In this document: positions 1 through 9,041 of the stretch, piece after piece
Layout: every line of letters starts with the position of its first letter
Position numbering within the stretch: position 1 is the first letter of the stretch
Source of the DNA: a virus
IMG/VR virus record: IMGVR_UViG_3300045988_070374
DNA: 59,351 nt
Direction: 5' to 3' (one strand)
Program-made: the position numbers and the translations under genes
The notes under the pieces: model-generated
The model's input: the letters and a program-made list of their open reading frames with translations, nothing else
Told to the model about the DNA's origin: nothing
Databases searched by the model: none

Positions 1-55
1 CCTATTGACATTTACGCAAGAAAGCGTATAATACAATCAGACGCAAGAAAGCGTA
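1..55. repeat. 55-bp direct terminal repeat, identical to 59297..59351; circular-assembly overlap
   Basis: cctattgacatttacgcaagaaagcgtataatacaatcagacgcaagaaagcgta at both ends. Confidence 0.97.
5..32 (+). promoter_or_regulatory. Strong sigma70-type promoter for the rightward early genes, with embedded operators
   Basis: TTGACA (5-10), 16-bp spacer, TATAAT (27-32); inverted repeat TACGC-AAGAAA-GCGTA lies between -35 and -10, second copy at 40-55; AGGAGG before the ATG at 97. Confidence 0.85.
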
Positions 56-96
56 ACACCTACCAAATACCACCACAAAACAGGAGGACAAAAACC

Positions 97-435
97 ATGA
101 AAGCAAAAAGAACCATGCGAGATATTAAATCCCAGTATCCGACCATTATTCAAGTAGGTTACTGCGATGCACAGAATATGCTGTGCATGGACGACCCCGC
201 AGCCTACACCGCCGGTGTGTACGGGTGGAACGCAGATATTTACCCTATCACCTCAGGCGTTGCAATCTGCACCGGGTACCGCCCCTTTGGAAACGTCAAG
301 CCCGATTGGGAAACGGTCAGCCGCTACGAAAAGCGGGCGCGGGAAATGCGCCGGGATTTGTGGAACGTTGAAGAGCTGGAAGAGCGCCTGCACAACTTGC
401 AGATGGAATTTGTTCGGGAGGTGTGCAACGTATGA
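97..435 (+). CDS. hypothetical protein, first gene after the strong promoter
   Basis: 112-aa ORF with promoter and RBS. Confidence 0.8.
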   Translation: MKAKRTMRDIKSQYPTIIQVGYCDAQNMLCMDDPAAYTAGVYGWNADIYPITSGVAICTGYRPFGNVKPDWETVSRYEKRAREMRRDLWNVEELEERLHNLQMEFVREVCNV

Positions 436-527
436 TTGCACTTGACTTTACCCAATGGGCCGCCCTCTGGTACATCGGCGGCATGATATCCGGCGCGCTG
501 GTTATGATTGCTATTTTTAACAGTTAA
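432..527 (+). CDS. small predicted membrane protein (MIALDFTQWAALWYIGGMISGALVMIAIFNS)
   Basis: Short ORF overlapping the upstream stop; hydrophobic segment. Confidence 0.45.
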   Translation: MIALDFTQWAALWYIGGMISGALVMIAIFNS

Positions 528-564
528 GGAGAAAGAACAATGAAAATTGATGGAGGGCTAAAAA

Positions 565-840
565 ATGACATACACAGCAAATAAAAAAGCATACGGTCTG
601 TTAGAATCCCTTGTATATTGGATGGCTGAAATCTCATATTGCAGGGAAAAAGACCCGGATGACATCGGGTTTTTAGACAAGGCTGACAAAACGATTCATT
701 TTTTATTCGGTCAGCTTGACCGGGCAGGCGTCCCGTTTTGGGCGCAAAATTCAGCGCTTGCAATCGGTGAAAATTGGAGGGAATACGAAAAACACAACCT
801 TAGAACGTTATTCACAAACAAAGGAATTTTGGAGGGCTGA
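565..840 (+). CDS. hypothetical protein
   Basis: 91-aa ORF in a compact co-directional cluster. Confidence 0.7.
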   Translation: MTYTANKKAYGLLESLVYWMAEISYCREKDPDDIGFLDKADKTIHFLFGQLDRAGVPFWAQNSALAIGENWREYEKHNLRTLFTNKGILEG

Positions 841-843
841 AAA

Positions 844-1107
844 ATGTCTAATTTTGAAAAAAGAGTAAATGAGTACAGGGAAAACAAGCGGCTTATTGAA
901 GAGCTTGAAGCAATGAACGACGCAATTAGAACGGATATAATTAACATGATGCACGGCGCGCCGGAAATGGTGCAGGGCACGGCAAAAGCCATTTACAAGG
1001 ACGTGCAGAGTGTCCGGCTTGATAGCAAGCTTTTGCAGGCCGCGCACCCGGATATTTATGCTGAATGTAGCAAGCGCACCACATACAAACGGTTTAGCGT
1101 TGTATAA
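844..1107 (+). CDS. hypothetical protein
   Basis: 87-aa ORF, 3 nt after the previous stop. Confidence 0.7.
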   Translation: MSNFEKRVNEYRENKRLIEELEAMNDAIRTDIINMMHGAPEMVQGTAKAIYKDVQSVRLDSKLLQAAHPDIYAECSKRTTYKRFSVV

Positions 1108-1120
1108 GGGGGTGCGAATT

Positions 1121-1339
1121 ATGTTATATTATCGTATTCCGGCAGGGCTTGACGGGCGGGCGGTTGTATCCGCTGGTGCCTATTGTGGCAAGGTCAAGCG
1201 GTATCTAATCGGCGGTGAGCTGTACACGGCTAAAGAGTGCGCCCGCTATGGTATCAGCACGGCAGGGCTTGAGCCTGTCACAATCTCACAGCGCCGCACC
1301 TTTACCAATTTTGGCGTTAGAATGGAGGTGCACGCATGA
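1121..1339 (+). CDS. hypothetical protein (MLYYRIPAGLDGRAVV...)
   Basis: Internal start of the 1010..1339 ORF, avoiding the overlap; start approximate. Confidence 0.5.
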   Translation: MLYYRIPAGLDGRAVVSAGAYCGKVKRYLIGGELYTAKECARYGISTAGLEPVTISQRRTFTNFGVRMEVHA

Positions 1340-1994
1340 TTTTTTCCTGCATCCTGTTCTTCTTCTGGTTTTTCTCTGCGCTGTTTAAAGCGTCCAAATA
1401 AGAAGCATTTCGCCCGGTCAGAAATGGCCGGGCTTTTCTTTTGCCTTGCATCTGCTGAGGGTGCAGGGCTTTTATTTTTGCACGCCTGCAATACATCCCC
1501 ATACAAACGTTTACAGCGTATTTTGTGGTGTCCATGCAGTTATACCACCCACGACACAAAACAGCACACAGGGCTTTACAGTGGCTTTTCCTTAGATTTG
1601 CCCCATTCTACCGCCGCAAATACCAGACCGACACAAGCGGCTATAATACCACCTGCGGTGCGCTGGCACACACACGCGCCCGGACGCCCTGCACCGATAC
1701 CAGATACCACCGCCACGCCGGACGCTGTACAGCTCAACGCAGCCGCCCTATTATAATAAGGTATATAAGAGTGCAGCAGATTGCAAACAATGCCAGCCCG
1801 GCGGGGGTCAGCGTCTCCACCTGTGCAGGGTCAGCCCGGCGGCTTGCGATCTGGCACCGGTCACCGGTCAGCCTGGCACCCTCCACCCGGTGTGGCAGTC
1901 CAGCAGCGGGAGCGCGGCGGGCGGCGCGGAACCATTGGCGGCTACCGCCGCATCTCTTTTCGGGCTTTCGCCCGATAGCCAATAGAGGTCAGCA

Positions 1995-2977
1995 ATAGTC
2001 GTAGCGTTCCGGCTGGAATAGTCGTAACCAATAGTCGCAGTTTCTCCAATAAAATAGTCGTGGAATAGTCGTAAAGTCGTCAGACGACTAGCTTTTGAAA
2101 GTCCTATATATAGTACAGTAACGAGTAGTTCACTGATAGTCGTACAGTAATAGTCGTAGCGCTTTCTTGCGAACCATCGTCAAATAGTCGTGTATTTTTT
2201 GTGTGAAATAGCCGTTCGCCTTTTAGGAAAGGAGAGGAGCGATAGTCGCTAAGTCATCCGACCGCATAAGATTCATAATCCATTGCATATATTCATCATT
2301 TTATTCACCAACTAACCATACCAAATTCGTATGTCAATCGTACTTATTATAATATACGCTTATATATCCTAGTAACTATCTAGGGATTATTCTGCTGGAA
2401 TAGTCGTACCATCCGATTCTGTCTGTTCCTGCTCGATTTAATTCCCAGTAACGCACTATGATATTTCATCAAATTCATAGTACTTTGCTATGAATAGTAA
2501 ATGCAACATTTCTACATATTCAACCGACTACAAAATAAAGTCAGTTCTCCATGTGAAATAGTCGCAGACCATCAACCAGTCCGAACCTCACGCCACCTCT
2601 CGCCTACGGTCTGCTCTGCTGGCTAACGGTATAGCTTTGGAGATAGAGGGTTGTAGGGAGAAAGAACCAGTTTGCAATTTCGCATAACTGTTATTTATTC
2701 ACTTTTGAACTATCTTGGCACACCCGGCTCCGTCAACGCGCGCGCTGGCGCATATAACGCACGCGGACGCGCTAAACACACAGGGAGGGAAAGGGGGAGC
2801 ACGGAAGATGTTAGGGGGATTATAGGGGGTAATAGGGGTTGTAGGGGAAAGAGGGGGACAAAAGGGGGAAAGAAGAAACAAGGGGGAAAGGGGACAAAAA
2901 TTTGAAAGCCATTTCTGAAAGTGATAGCCAAAGCGTTTTTTCGTCTCAATCAGTCCTGAGATTTGACAAATAGTCGT
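1995..2977. repeat. Non-coding block with about 13 ATAGTCGTA-like sites
   Basis: atagtcg[t/c][a/g/t] or near match at 1995, 2018, 2031, 2054, 2065, 2136, 2150, 2184, 2208, 2242, 2400, 2558, 2969; palindrome AGTCGTC-A-GACGACT at 2075-2089. Confidence 0.85.
2783..2893 (+). repeat. Iterated G-tracts with G-quadruplex potential
   Basis: Runs of 3-5 G; those starting at 2814, 2825, 2835, 2844, 2853 and 2864 are about 10 bp apart. Confidence 0.85.
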
Positions 2978-3292
2978 TGGCATTCGCCCATTTGGCTACT
3001 ATCATCGCTGGAAAGGCGTGCAGGAGCCTGTCTGCCGCGTTTTTCTGGATGATTCGATAACTTTCACGTCTGACCCTGAAAAGCCGTTCTCCACGCTCCT
3101 ACATTGGTCTAATCAGATGGTCTGGTTTGAGATACACCATCAGCATCAACGGAGAGCCGCCTACGAGCGTCTGTGGTGCATTTTCGTGATTAAGTCGATA
3201 AAGTTATCGTCCAGCACCTAAAACGCCTTAAAACAGGCTTTCTCGTGGAATTGGCGAAAATAAAAGACTGCCATTGCTGACGGCCCATGTAC

Positions 3293-4498
3293 TCAATCCA
3301 TCCAAGTGTACTCTTGGAACCGTTGAATCTGCTTGTTAAACGTTATGGGAAGGTCGCCTATCTCACCTTCCTTGTTCTTGCTCAGCCGGAACAGGTACTT
3401 GTCGGGATTATCGCCGGACAGAAGGATGATTGCATCTGCGTCCTGTTCAATCTGTCCGCTTTCTCGCAAGTCGGAATTAGTAGGCGTTGCTCCGGGTTTT
3501 GATGGGTTTCGATTGAGCTGTGCCAGAGCTACCACAACAATGCCCGTGGTCTGCGCCAGTTCGTGTAAGGCAATGGATATGGCTGTAATGGCGGCATATC
3601 TGTCCTTTGCGCCTGTTTCGTGGATGAGTTGAAGATAGTCTACGAAGATAACTTGAGCCTTTTTACGAAGAGCCTGAGCCTTCATCCACGCCACGTTCTT
3701 TCCAGCAGCAGAGCGAATATATAAAGGCATCTTCATGTTCTTTGCCTGTCCGTCAATCTCATTCAAGCTGACCGCCTTATTTTTCACCGTGTCCAGAGGG
3801 CAGTATATTTGATTAGCCATCAGACGTGCGCCCAGTTTGCGTTTGCTGGTTTCTAAGCTGAAATAGTACACGGTGTAGTCCTGCTTTGCCATGTTTGCTG
3901 CTATTTGAATGGACAGGGCTGTCTTGCCCGCAGACGGTCTACCGCCGATAATGATGAAATCACCCGGTGAAATGTGTAGTGCTTCATCCAGGCGCTCTAA
4001 GCCTGTCTTGATGTACACAGGCTTCTCGTCCATGTGAAGCACATAGTCGTTCAGCACATCCTCGTATGTCCACGCATCTTCTTCCTCAGCTTTCAGGCTC
4101 ATTGCCTCGCCCATCTGCTGGTAAATGTCTGATAGATCAGAATAGTCGGTAAGCTCGCTGGTCATCTGAAATGCCAGACCTTGCACACGAGTGAGTGCGG
4201 CTTGTTCTCTGATAAGCTGTGCCCAACGCTGCATCTGCTCCCTGTCAATTCGTACACACTCTGATTCACAGGTTTGTACACACGCCAAGAGCGTTTGCGC
4301 TACGTCTGGATGCTGCGTGTTTATCTCGACTATATCTATCTTGCCCCTAGCCGTCCAATAGCCCTGAACAGCCGCAAAAGCTTCTCTCAGCTCAGGTCTG
4401 AACAAGTCAAGTTCAAGGTCTGGTATGATTTCATCCACAACGCCCGGCTTGCAGAGCATCAGCGCACCGATAAATACCGTTTGAACGTCCATTGTCAT
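3293..4498 (-). CDS. dnaB: replicative DNA helicase, DnaB-like
   Basis: 401 aa; Walker A GGRPSAGKTALSIQIA, Walker B-like AQVIFVDYLQLI, ALAQLNR and ESGQIEQDADAIILL DnaB motifs. Confidence 0.93.
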   Translation of the reverse strand: MTMDVQTVFIGALMLCKPGVVDEIIPDLELDLFRPELREAFAAVQGYWTARGKIDIVEINTQHPDVAQTLLACVQTCESECVRIDREQMQRWAQLIREQAALTRVQGLAFQMTSELTDYSDLSDIYQQMGEAMSLKAEEEDAWTYEDVLNDYVLHMDEKPVYIKTGLERLDEALHISPGDFIIIGGRPSAGKTALSIQIAANMAKQDYTVYYFSLETSKRKLGARLMANQIYCPLDTVKNKAVSLNEIDGQAKNMKMPLYIRSAAGKNVAWMKAQALRKKAQVIFVDYLQLIHETGAKDRYAAITAISIALHELAQTTGIVVVALAQLNRNPSKPGATPTNSDLRESGQIEQDADAIILLSGDNPDKYLFRLSKNKEGEIGDLPITFNKQIQRFQEYTWMD

Positions 4499-5133
4499 AG
4501 TCTAGGAAACTCCATCTCCGTACTTTGCTCGTACTGGTCATCCTGTTTCAATGCGTAAATGTCTTGCCATCCAGCATAGATGCTCTGGTCGAGAATGGCT
4601 TTCCAGTCATGCCGATCAAACTTTTCCAGCTTGTTGCAGAGCATTTGTTTTGCCCGGTCTGTCATAGGCTTTTTGATTCTTGTACGCATCTGTGCGAACT
4701 CTCGCAGTGATTCCAGCAGGGCTTTATCGCCATGAGCAAAGTCGGAGAAGATGTCAGGTTTCTTCTTGACTGCACTCTCCGGCAAGGTCTTGACGTTCGT
4801 CTGACTGTCAGTTGATACAATGGGTTCATTGTCATCTGACTTTGAACTCATAGATGAGCTGACCTTCATCTCATTTATGACATGAGGATGAGCTGACTTT
4901 CGTGTAGACCATCCTTTTGACGCAATATCGCTTCTTTTCCACTCTTCATCGAGCAGATGCTTAATCAAAATGAAACAAGATTCTGCTTTTTTTGAGTTCA
5001 AAGTCGCGTCTTTTCCTTCAAAAACGTATGCACAGATTGCATCGTAGAGTTCCAACTTCTCTTTGCTTTTGAGCGTGGAGATGGCTTCAAAGTAGTATCG
5101 TTGGAATGTAAAACTGTCTCGTTTTTTGTCCAT
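4495..5133 (-). CDS. phage replication-associated protein (DUF6291/DnaD-like helicase loader candidate)
   Basis: ATGA overlap with the helicase; FTFQRYYFEAISTLKSKEKLELYDAICAYVFEG N-terminus. Confidence 0.6.
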   Translation of the reverse strand: MDKKRDSFTFQRYYFEAISTLKSKEKLELYDAICAYVFEGKDATLNSKKAESCFILIKHLLDEEWKRSDIASKGWSTRKSAHPHVINEMKVSSSMSSKSDDNEPIVSTDSQTNVKTLPESAVKKKPDIFSDFAHGDKALLESLREFAQMRTRIKKPMTDRAKQMLCNKLEKFDRHDWKAILDQSIYAGWQDIYALKQDDQYEQSTEMEFPRL

Positions 5134-5145
5134 ACCTATCCCCCA

Positions 5146-5427
5146 TTAAAACGGACACTTAGCGTCAGATTCACGCAGCCAGCCTTCGCCCGGAATGTTG
5201 ACTATCTCATAATACTGCCGTGTAACATAGATTGTTTTCTGCCCGTCCTTAGCAATCAGACCGACAATCAGATAGTTGCCAGCAGCCATAAAGAACCAAG
5301 GGTTGCTCTTGTAGGTCTTGCCCTTCATCCAGTTCTTCATTCTGTTCACGGCTTTTTCAATGTCCTTGTCGGGGCAGTCCGGGTTGTCGTACGCAAAGAA
5401 ATCCTCAGGAAATTTAAGCTTTTTCAC
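5146..5427 (-). CDS. hypothetical protein
   Basis: 93-aa ORF. Confidence 0.6.
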   Translation of the reverse strand: MKKLKFPEDFFAYDNPDCPDKDIEKAVNRMKNWMKGKTYKSNPWFFMAAGNYLIVGLIAKDGQKTIYVTRQYYEIVNIPGEGWLRESDAKCPF

Positions 5428-5600
5428 TTTCTAAATCCCTCTCTCGTTCTCGTGATTCTCTTATGCTCCTTGACAGGCCTTGCGCCTTTGCCGTACGCTG
5501 GGCGGATATGTTTTGCCTTGATATATCCACAAGGCGGCTTCGGCCCAAAGTCGAAAAAGCTCAAGTCCATAACGATGATGCCAAACTTCTTGTTCGTCAT
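5424..5600 (-). CDS. small hypothetical protein (MTNKKFGIIVMDLSFFDFGPKPP...)
   Basis: 58-aa ORF read manually; overlaps the next start by 4 nt. Confidence 0.5.
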   Translation of the reverse strand: MTNKKFGIIVMDLSFFDFGPKPPCGYIKAKHIRPAYGKGARPVKEHKRITRTREGFRK

Positions 5601-5851
5601 ATTTGTTCCTCCGGCATATCAGGTGCAAACATCCAATGTGTCACAATGTAATTGTTTGGGTTTAATTTATCGTGCCATTCATCTGCCCATGTATTTATTC
5701 CATACGCTGGAGTGTAATATCCAAATATCATGTATCGCCCATATTCATTTTTTCTTGGGCAAATATTGCTCACCATAAGAATTAGTTTGGAAGCGTATGA
5801 AGGGGGCATGCAGTCTTTTGTAGAGTGCCATACATAATTATTCATGTTCAT
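5597..5851 (-). CDS. DUF551-like protein
   Basis: VWHSTKDCMPP ... VTHWMFAPDMPEE. Confidence 0.6.
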   Translation of the reverse strand: MNMNNYVWHSTKDCMPPSYASKLILMVSNICPRKNEYGRYMIFGYYTPAYGINTWADEWHDKLNPNNYIVTHWMFAPDMPEEQI

Positions 5852-5859
5852 CGCCTACA

Positions 5860-6087
5860 TTATTTTACTACGGTTCCATACTTTTTTATCGATTCATAAA
5901 ACTCTTTATAAGATTTCAAATCAATGGGTTTGTCATATCCTTGAGATTTCCATTTTTTAAGCATGTATTGCGTTTTGTTAGATTCGATGGCTCTTCTATT
6001 CTTTATATGCCAATAACAAATACTCCTTGATCTTTTATGGGAGTAGCCAAGTCCCATAAGCTTTTTAATAAATGTTCTTCTTGTCAT
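5860..6087 (-). CDS. hypothetical protein
   Basis: MTRRTFIKKLMGLGYSHKRSRSICYWHIKN..., start shortened from the ORF. Confidence 0.5.
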   Translation of the reverse strand: MTRRTFIKKLMGLGYSHKRSRSICYWHIKNRRAIESNKTQYMLKKWKSQGYDKPIDLKSYKEFYESIKKYGTVVK

Positions 6088-6089
6088 AT

Positions 6090-6380
6090 TTATTCCTCCA
6101 CAGGCGGTTCTGGCATGTACGCCCAATATTCAATTTTCGAGTGATGTAAACAGTATCCATTATCGTCCATCCAATCAAATTCTGGCATTCCATGTCGAAG
6201 GTCTTTTACAAGCCCTCCGCACGATACACCTCTGTTTACTGCCCCTTTGAAAAAATCGAAATACACCCCAGACAGCAAAAGCCTTTCGGATGAAAAGTAG
6301 CCATTCCCATTATCAAACAATGGCGGGTATCCTTCTTTTTTAAGAGAATGCCAAACAATTTTGCTCTCCACACATACCAC
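6090..6380 (-). CDS. DUF551-like protein
   Basis: IVWHSLKKEGYPP ... YWAYMPEPPVEE. Confidence 0.5.
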   Translation of the reverse strand: MVCVESKIVWHSLKKEGYPPLFDNGNGYFSSERLLLSGVYFDFFKGAVNRGVSCGGLVKDLRHGMPEFDWMDDNGYCLHHSKIEYWAYMPEPPVEE

Positions 6381-6381
6381 C

Positions 6382-6615
6382 TCACACCATCGGAAACGCC
6401 ATCCAATGCGTTACCGTCACGTCTTTCGGCAATCTCTCGCCTATCTCATCCCAGAACTGACCGTCTGCGTAACAGCCAAGAAAGTACGCTGTCGGCGAGA
6501 ATCCTTGCAACATTTTTCCATATTTATCACGCCACGTTGTCTTAGTCGCAAGCAACAAAGGCTGCGTTCGCTCTCGTGGCTGTTCGCTTGCTGGATGCCA
6601 AAGTGTGTTAGCCAT
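6382..6615 (-). CDS. DUF551-like protein
   Basis: LWHPASEQPRE ... VTHWMAFP. Confidence 0.55.
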   Translation of the reverse strand: MANTLWHPASEQPRERTQPLLLATKTTWRDKYGKMLQGFSPTAYFLGCYADGQFWDEIGERLPKDVTVTHWMAFPMV

Positions 6616-6889
6616 GTGCGTTCTCCATTTTCGCTCCACAGTTGGGGCAGTAGTTCCAACGTGTATGATGATTTCTCGTGTGGCATCTGCTGCACTCGAA
6701 CCTTGTAAATGTATCGTCCTGTACAATCCATTCAGCGGTACGCTCTATGGTCGGTACTGTTTTGATGTAATCAACCACATTTTGAAGCACATAGCATGTA
6801 AATCCGCTAGATGCAGATTGTTCTTTCCCTAATTTTTCAATCCAAAACTCAATAGTTGCGCATAGCATGTTAGCATCAATCAGTCTCAT
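6608..6889 (-). CDS. MRLIDAN-type small protein with C-terminal zinc ribbon
   Basis: MRLIDANMLC... CSRCHTRNHHTRWNYCPNCGAKM. Confidence 0.7.
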   Translation of the reverse strand: MRLIDANMLCATIEFWIEKLGKEQSASSGFTCYVLQNVVDYIKTVPTIERTAEWIVQDDTFTRFECSRCHTRNHHTRWNYCPNCGAKMENAHG

Positions 6890-7359
6890 GTTTTCTCCTT
6901 TCAATCTCATTGCAAACCGCCTTGTAGAACGCATCCCACGTCTCATAGTCGCAGGAATCGCCAAAGTCGAAACCTGCCCGTTTGCGTTCTGCAATGTCAC
7001 GTTCAAAACAATCCAACGTCTTGTCCGTCAGTTCCGGCAGAAGCGAGATGATGTATCTGCAAACAAGGCTAGGCATATGTGACCGTCTGCCCAAGCAGTA
7101 GCGGACAGCGCAGTTGCAGACCGCTCCGAAGTCGTCATTAGCGGGGTCAATCAAACCTTTAGGCTCGTCATCTTGCAAATCATATATGGTGCAGTCAAGG
7201 ACGGTTGCGATTCTGAAAAAGCCACCTCTCTTTACATTTTCGTTTCCCGCACTCAATAGCTGATACGAAAGCGGCTGTTACACCGATTCTGTTCGCAAGG
7301 TCTTTTTGCTTGACGTGCAGTTCAATCCTGCGCTTCCTGATTTTCTCCCCTGCTGTCAT
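6876..7359 (-). pseudogene. XRE-family HTH regulator, apparently frameshifted
   Basis: N-terminal HTH (MTAGEKIRKRRIELHVKQKDLANRIGVTAAFVSAIECGKRK) is in a different frame from its expected continuation (FFRIATVLDCTIYDLQDDEPKG...); frames cross near 7225-7255. Confidence 0.6.
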
Positions 7360-7588
7360 CTTTCTTCTCCCATTCCTTGCATCCACGTTCGTCCCACACG
7401 AAGTCTGCAACGTGTTCTGACTGGTCGTTCACGCATACGCCCTCCGTCTCTTCGTACCATTTGCAAGAGCCACAGGACGGCTCGGATTTGTTCTTGCAGG
7501 ATTCTGCTGTACATCGGATAGCTCTGCCAGCGGAGAACTGCTTGATGCCCATGCAAGAGCAATGTTCGGTGGTGCAGTAGAAGTTCAT
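7322..7588 (-). CDS. cysteine-rich hypothetical protein
   Basis: MNFYCTTEHCSCMG ... CGSCKWYEETEGVCVN. Confidence 0.6.
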   Translation of the reverse strand: MNFYCTTEHCSCMGIKQFSAGRAIRCTAESCKNKSEPSCGSCKWYEETEGVCVNDQSEHVADFVWDERGCKEWEKKDDSRGENQEAQD

Positions 7589-7806
7589 TCGTACTTCCTC
7601 CATCCTATTTGTTCGCAAACGCCAATAGTAACGGGGTCGCATCTATGTATAATCGTTTCTCTTGTTTCTCTTGCGAATTTTACTGCATTGACTTCACTTG
7701 TGCTTGAAAGCAATCCACAAACCGTTTCATACGGTAAATCCCTTAATTCATTAGTCGAAAATACAGAACCGCATTGTTTGCATCTGTATATCCCACAAAA
7801 TCTCAT
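7585..7806 (-). CDS. zinc-ribbon-like hypothetical protein
   Basis: YRCKQCGSVFSTNELRDLPYETVCG. Confidence 0.6.
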   Translation of the reverse strand: MRFCGIYRCKQCGSVFSTNELRDLPYETVCGLLSSTSEVNAVKFARETRETIIHRCDPVTIGVCEQIGWRKYE

Positions 7807-8006
7807 TTCCTTTTCCCTCTCTTTCCCCTGTTGAACCGCCCGATCACTCGCTTATACTCTTCATAACACTCCGGGCAAAGGTCGCCTGTATCCCTACGCC
7901 ACGCCCAGTCCTTGAAGTATTCGTCAGGGTTCATCATCCTGCCACCAAGAACTGCTCCGCATCGGTCGCATACTCGCTTGTGGTATATTCCTCTGTCAGT
8001 TTGCAT
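7803..8006 (-). CDS. zinc-binding hypothetical protein
   Basis: VCDRCGAVLGG ... DLCPECYEEYKRVIGRF. Confidence 0.65.
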   Translation of the reverse strand: MQTDRGIYHKRVCDRCGAVLGGRMMNPDEYFKDWAWRRDTGDLCPECYEEYKRVIGRFNRGKRGKRK

Positions 8007-8196
8007 TAGATTCGCCTGCTTTCTTTTTAGATGCGCGTTTTTTCTTTGGGTTTTCAATCTGTTGCGGAATAGAATCAATCAGCTTCTTGAATTTCTGCAT
8101 AGTTTGATATTCAGTCAAACCAAACATAAACTGCGCTAATTCTAACGGCGTTCCAACCTGTTCTGAACGACCGTCAGGATATGTAATGATTTTCAT
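7996..8196 (-). CDS. hypothetical protein
   Basis: 66-aa ORF with short overlaps. Confidence 0.6.
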   Translation of the reverse strand: MKIITYPDGRSEQVGTPLELAQFMFGLTEYQTMQKFKKLIDSIPQQIENPKKKRASKKKAGESNAN

Positions 8197-9041
8197 TGCT
8201 CGTTCTCCCCAACATCCTTAAACATGATTTCCTTGTCGGTTTTCCAGTCTTTGATTTTGCACGGAATGTCCGTGCCGGGTACGGTCTTTTTCAGCCCATC
8301 CATCTGCCAGACGTTCCACGAGATGACATCTGCAATGGCATCAATCAGCACCGGCGACATACGGTGATTCTCAATCTCATTTCCGAACAGCGAGCGAAAA
8401 TTCTCCATCAGCGTGAGGAATAAATTGCACCGTGCCAGAAGTAAGTTGTCTCCTTGCCACTCGTAGCCGTATGTACTCATGTAAGCGTTCATGGCGTAGT
8501 TGAGCCAAAGGCTGTAATCCCAAACTTTCGGGTCTTTGAAGTGTTCCTTTGTTATGGCATTCAGTTTCCTATCCAGCAGACCGATTCTGTCCGGCACGGC
8601 AATCATCTGCCCTGTTGTGGTATCGTATCGGCTTGTAAGGAACGGCGCTTCTCCACAGGTTACTTCAAGGCAAGTCTTGTTGATGTACTCCTTCCAGTCC
8701 TCGCCCACTAAGTCCTTCTCTGCAACGTCTGCCATCTTCTTGCAAACCCAAGTCGGTGTAAACACCTCTGCTTTCTTGCTGGTGCGCTTCTTCTGGTCTG
8801 CAAGCCGTTTCTGCACACGAGGAACGAGCCGAACCTTGTCTAGCTTTTCCAGCGTGATTTCATCTGCAAAGCCCACGCCCAGTTCAGGCGGCGGGTCTGT
8901 CGCCCAGATGATGTTCTTACCTGTCGTGTGGTCTTGCAAGAGGACAGGCAGGAATGTGCGTAGGGATGGGTCGGAGAAGTCAATCAACTGGGTCATGGGC
9001 GTATCCATTGGGGTTGCTTCATTCTTTGGTTTCTTTCCCAT
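8193..9041 (-). CDS. adenine-specific methyltransferase-like protein
   Basis: AEVFTPTWVCKKM ... CLEVTCGEAPFLTSRYDTTTG ... RIGLLDRKL; internal start MGKKPKN used. Confidence 0.65.
   Translation of the reverse strand: MGKKPKNEATPMDTPMTQLIDFSDPSLRTFLPVLLQDHTTGKNIIWATDPPPELGVGFADEITLEKLDKVRLVPRVQKRLADQKKRTSKKAEVFTPTWVCKKMADVAEKDLVGEDWKEYINKTCLEVTCGEAPFLTSRYDTTTGQMIAVPDRIGLLDRKLNAITKEHFKDPKVWDYSLWLNYAMNAYMSTYGYEWQGDNLLLARCNLFLTLMENFRSLFGNEIENHRMSPVLIDAIADVISWNVWQMDGLKKTVPGTDIPCKIKDWKTDKEIMFKDVGENEQ

Noticed and set aside
1-55. Terminal repeats read as LTRs or biological direct terminal repeats
   Set aside because: 55 bp exactly fits an assembler k-mer overlap, and coordinate 1 bisects a functional-looking promoter region.
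1424-1998. Long ORFs 1424..1756 and 1525..1998
   Set aside because: Mutually overlapping, low-complexity His/Arg/Pro-rich translations, no recognisable domain and no clear RBS; not called as CDS.
2672-2905. ORF encoding a Gly/Lys-rich peptide
   Set aside because: Translation simply follows the G-tract repeat; composition explains it.
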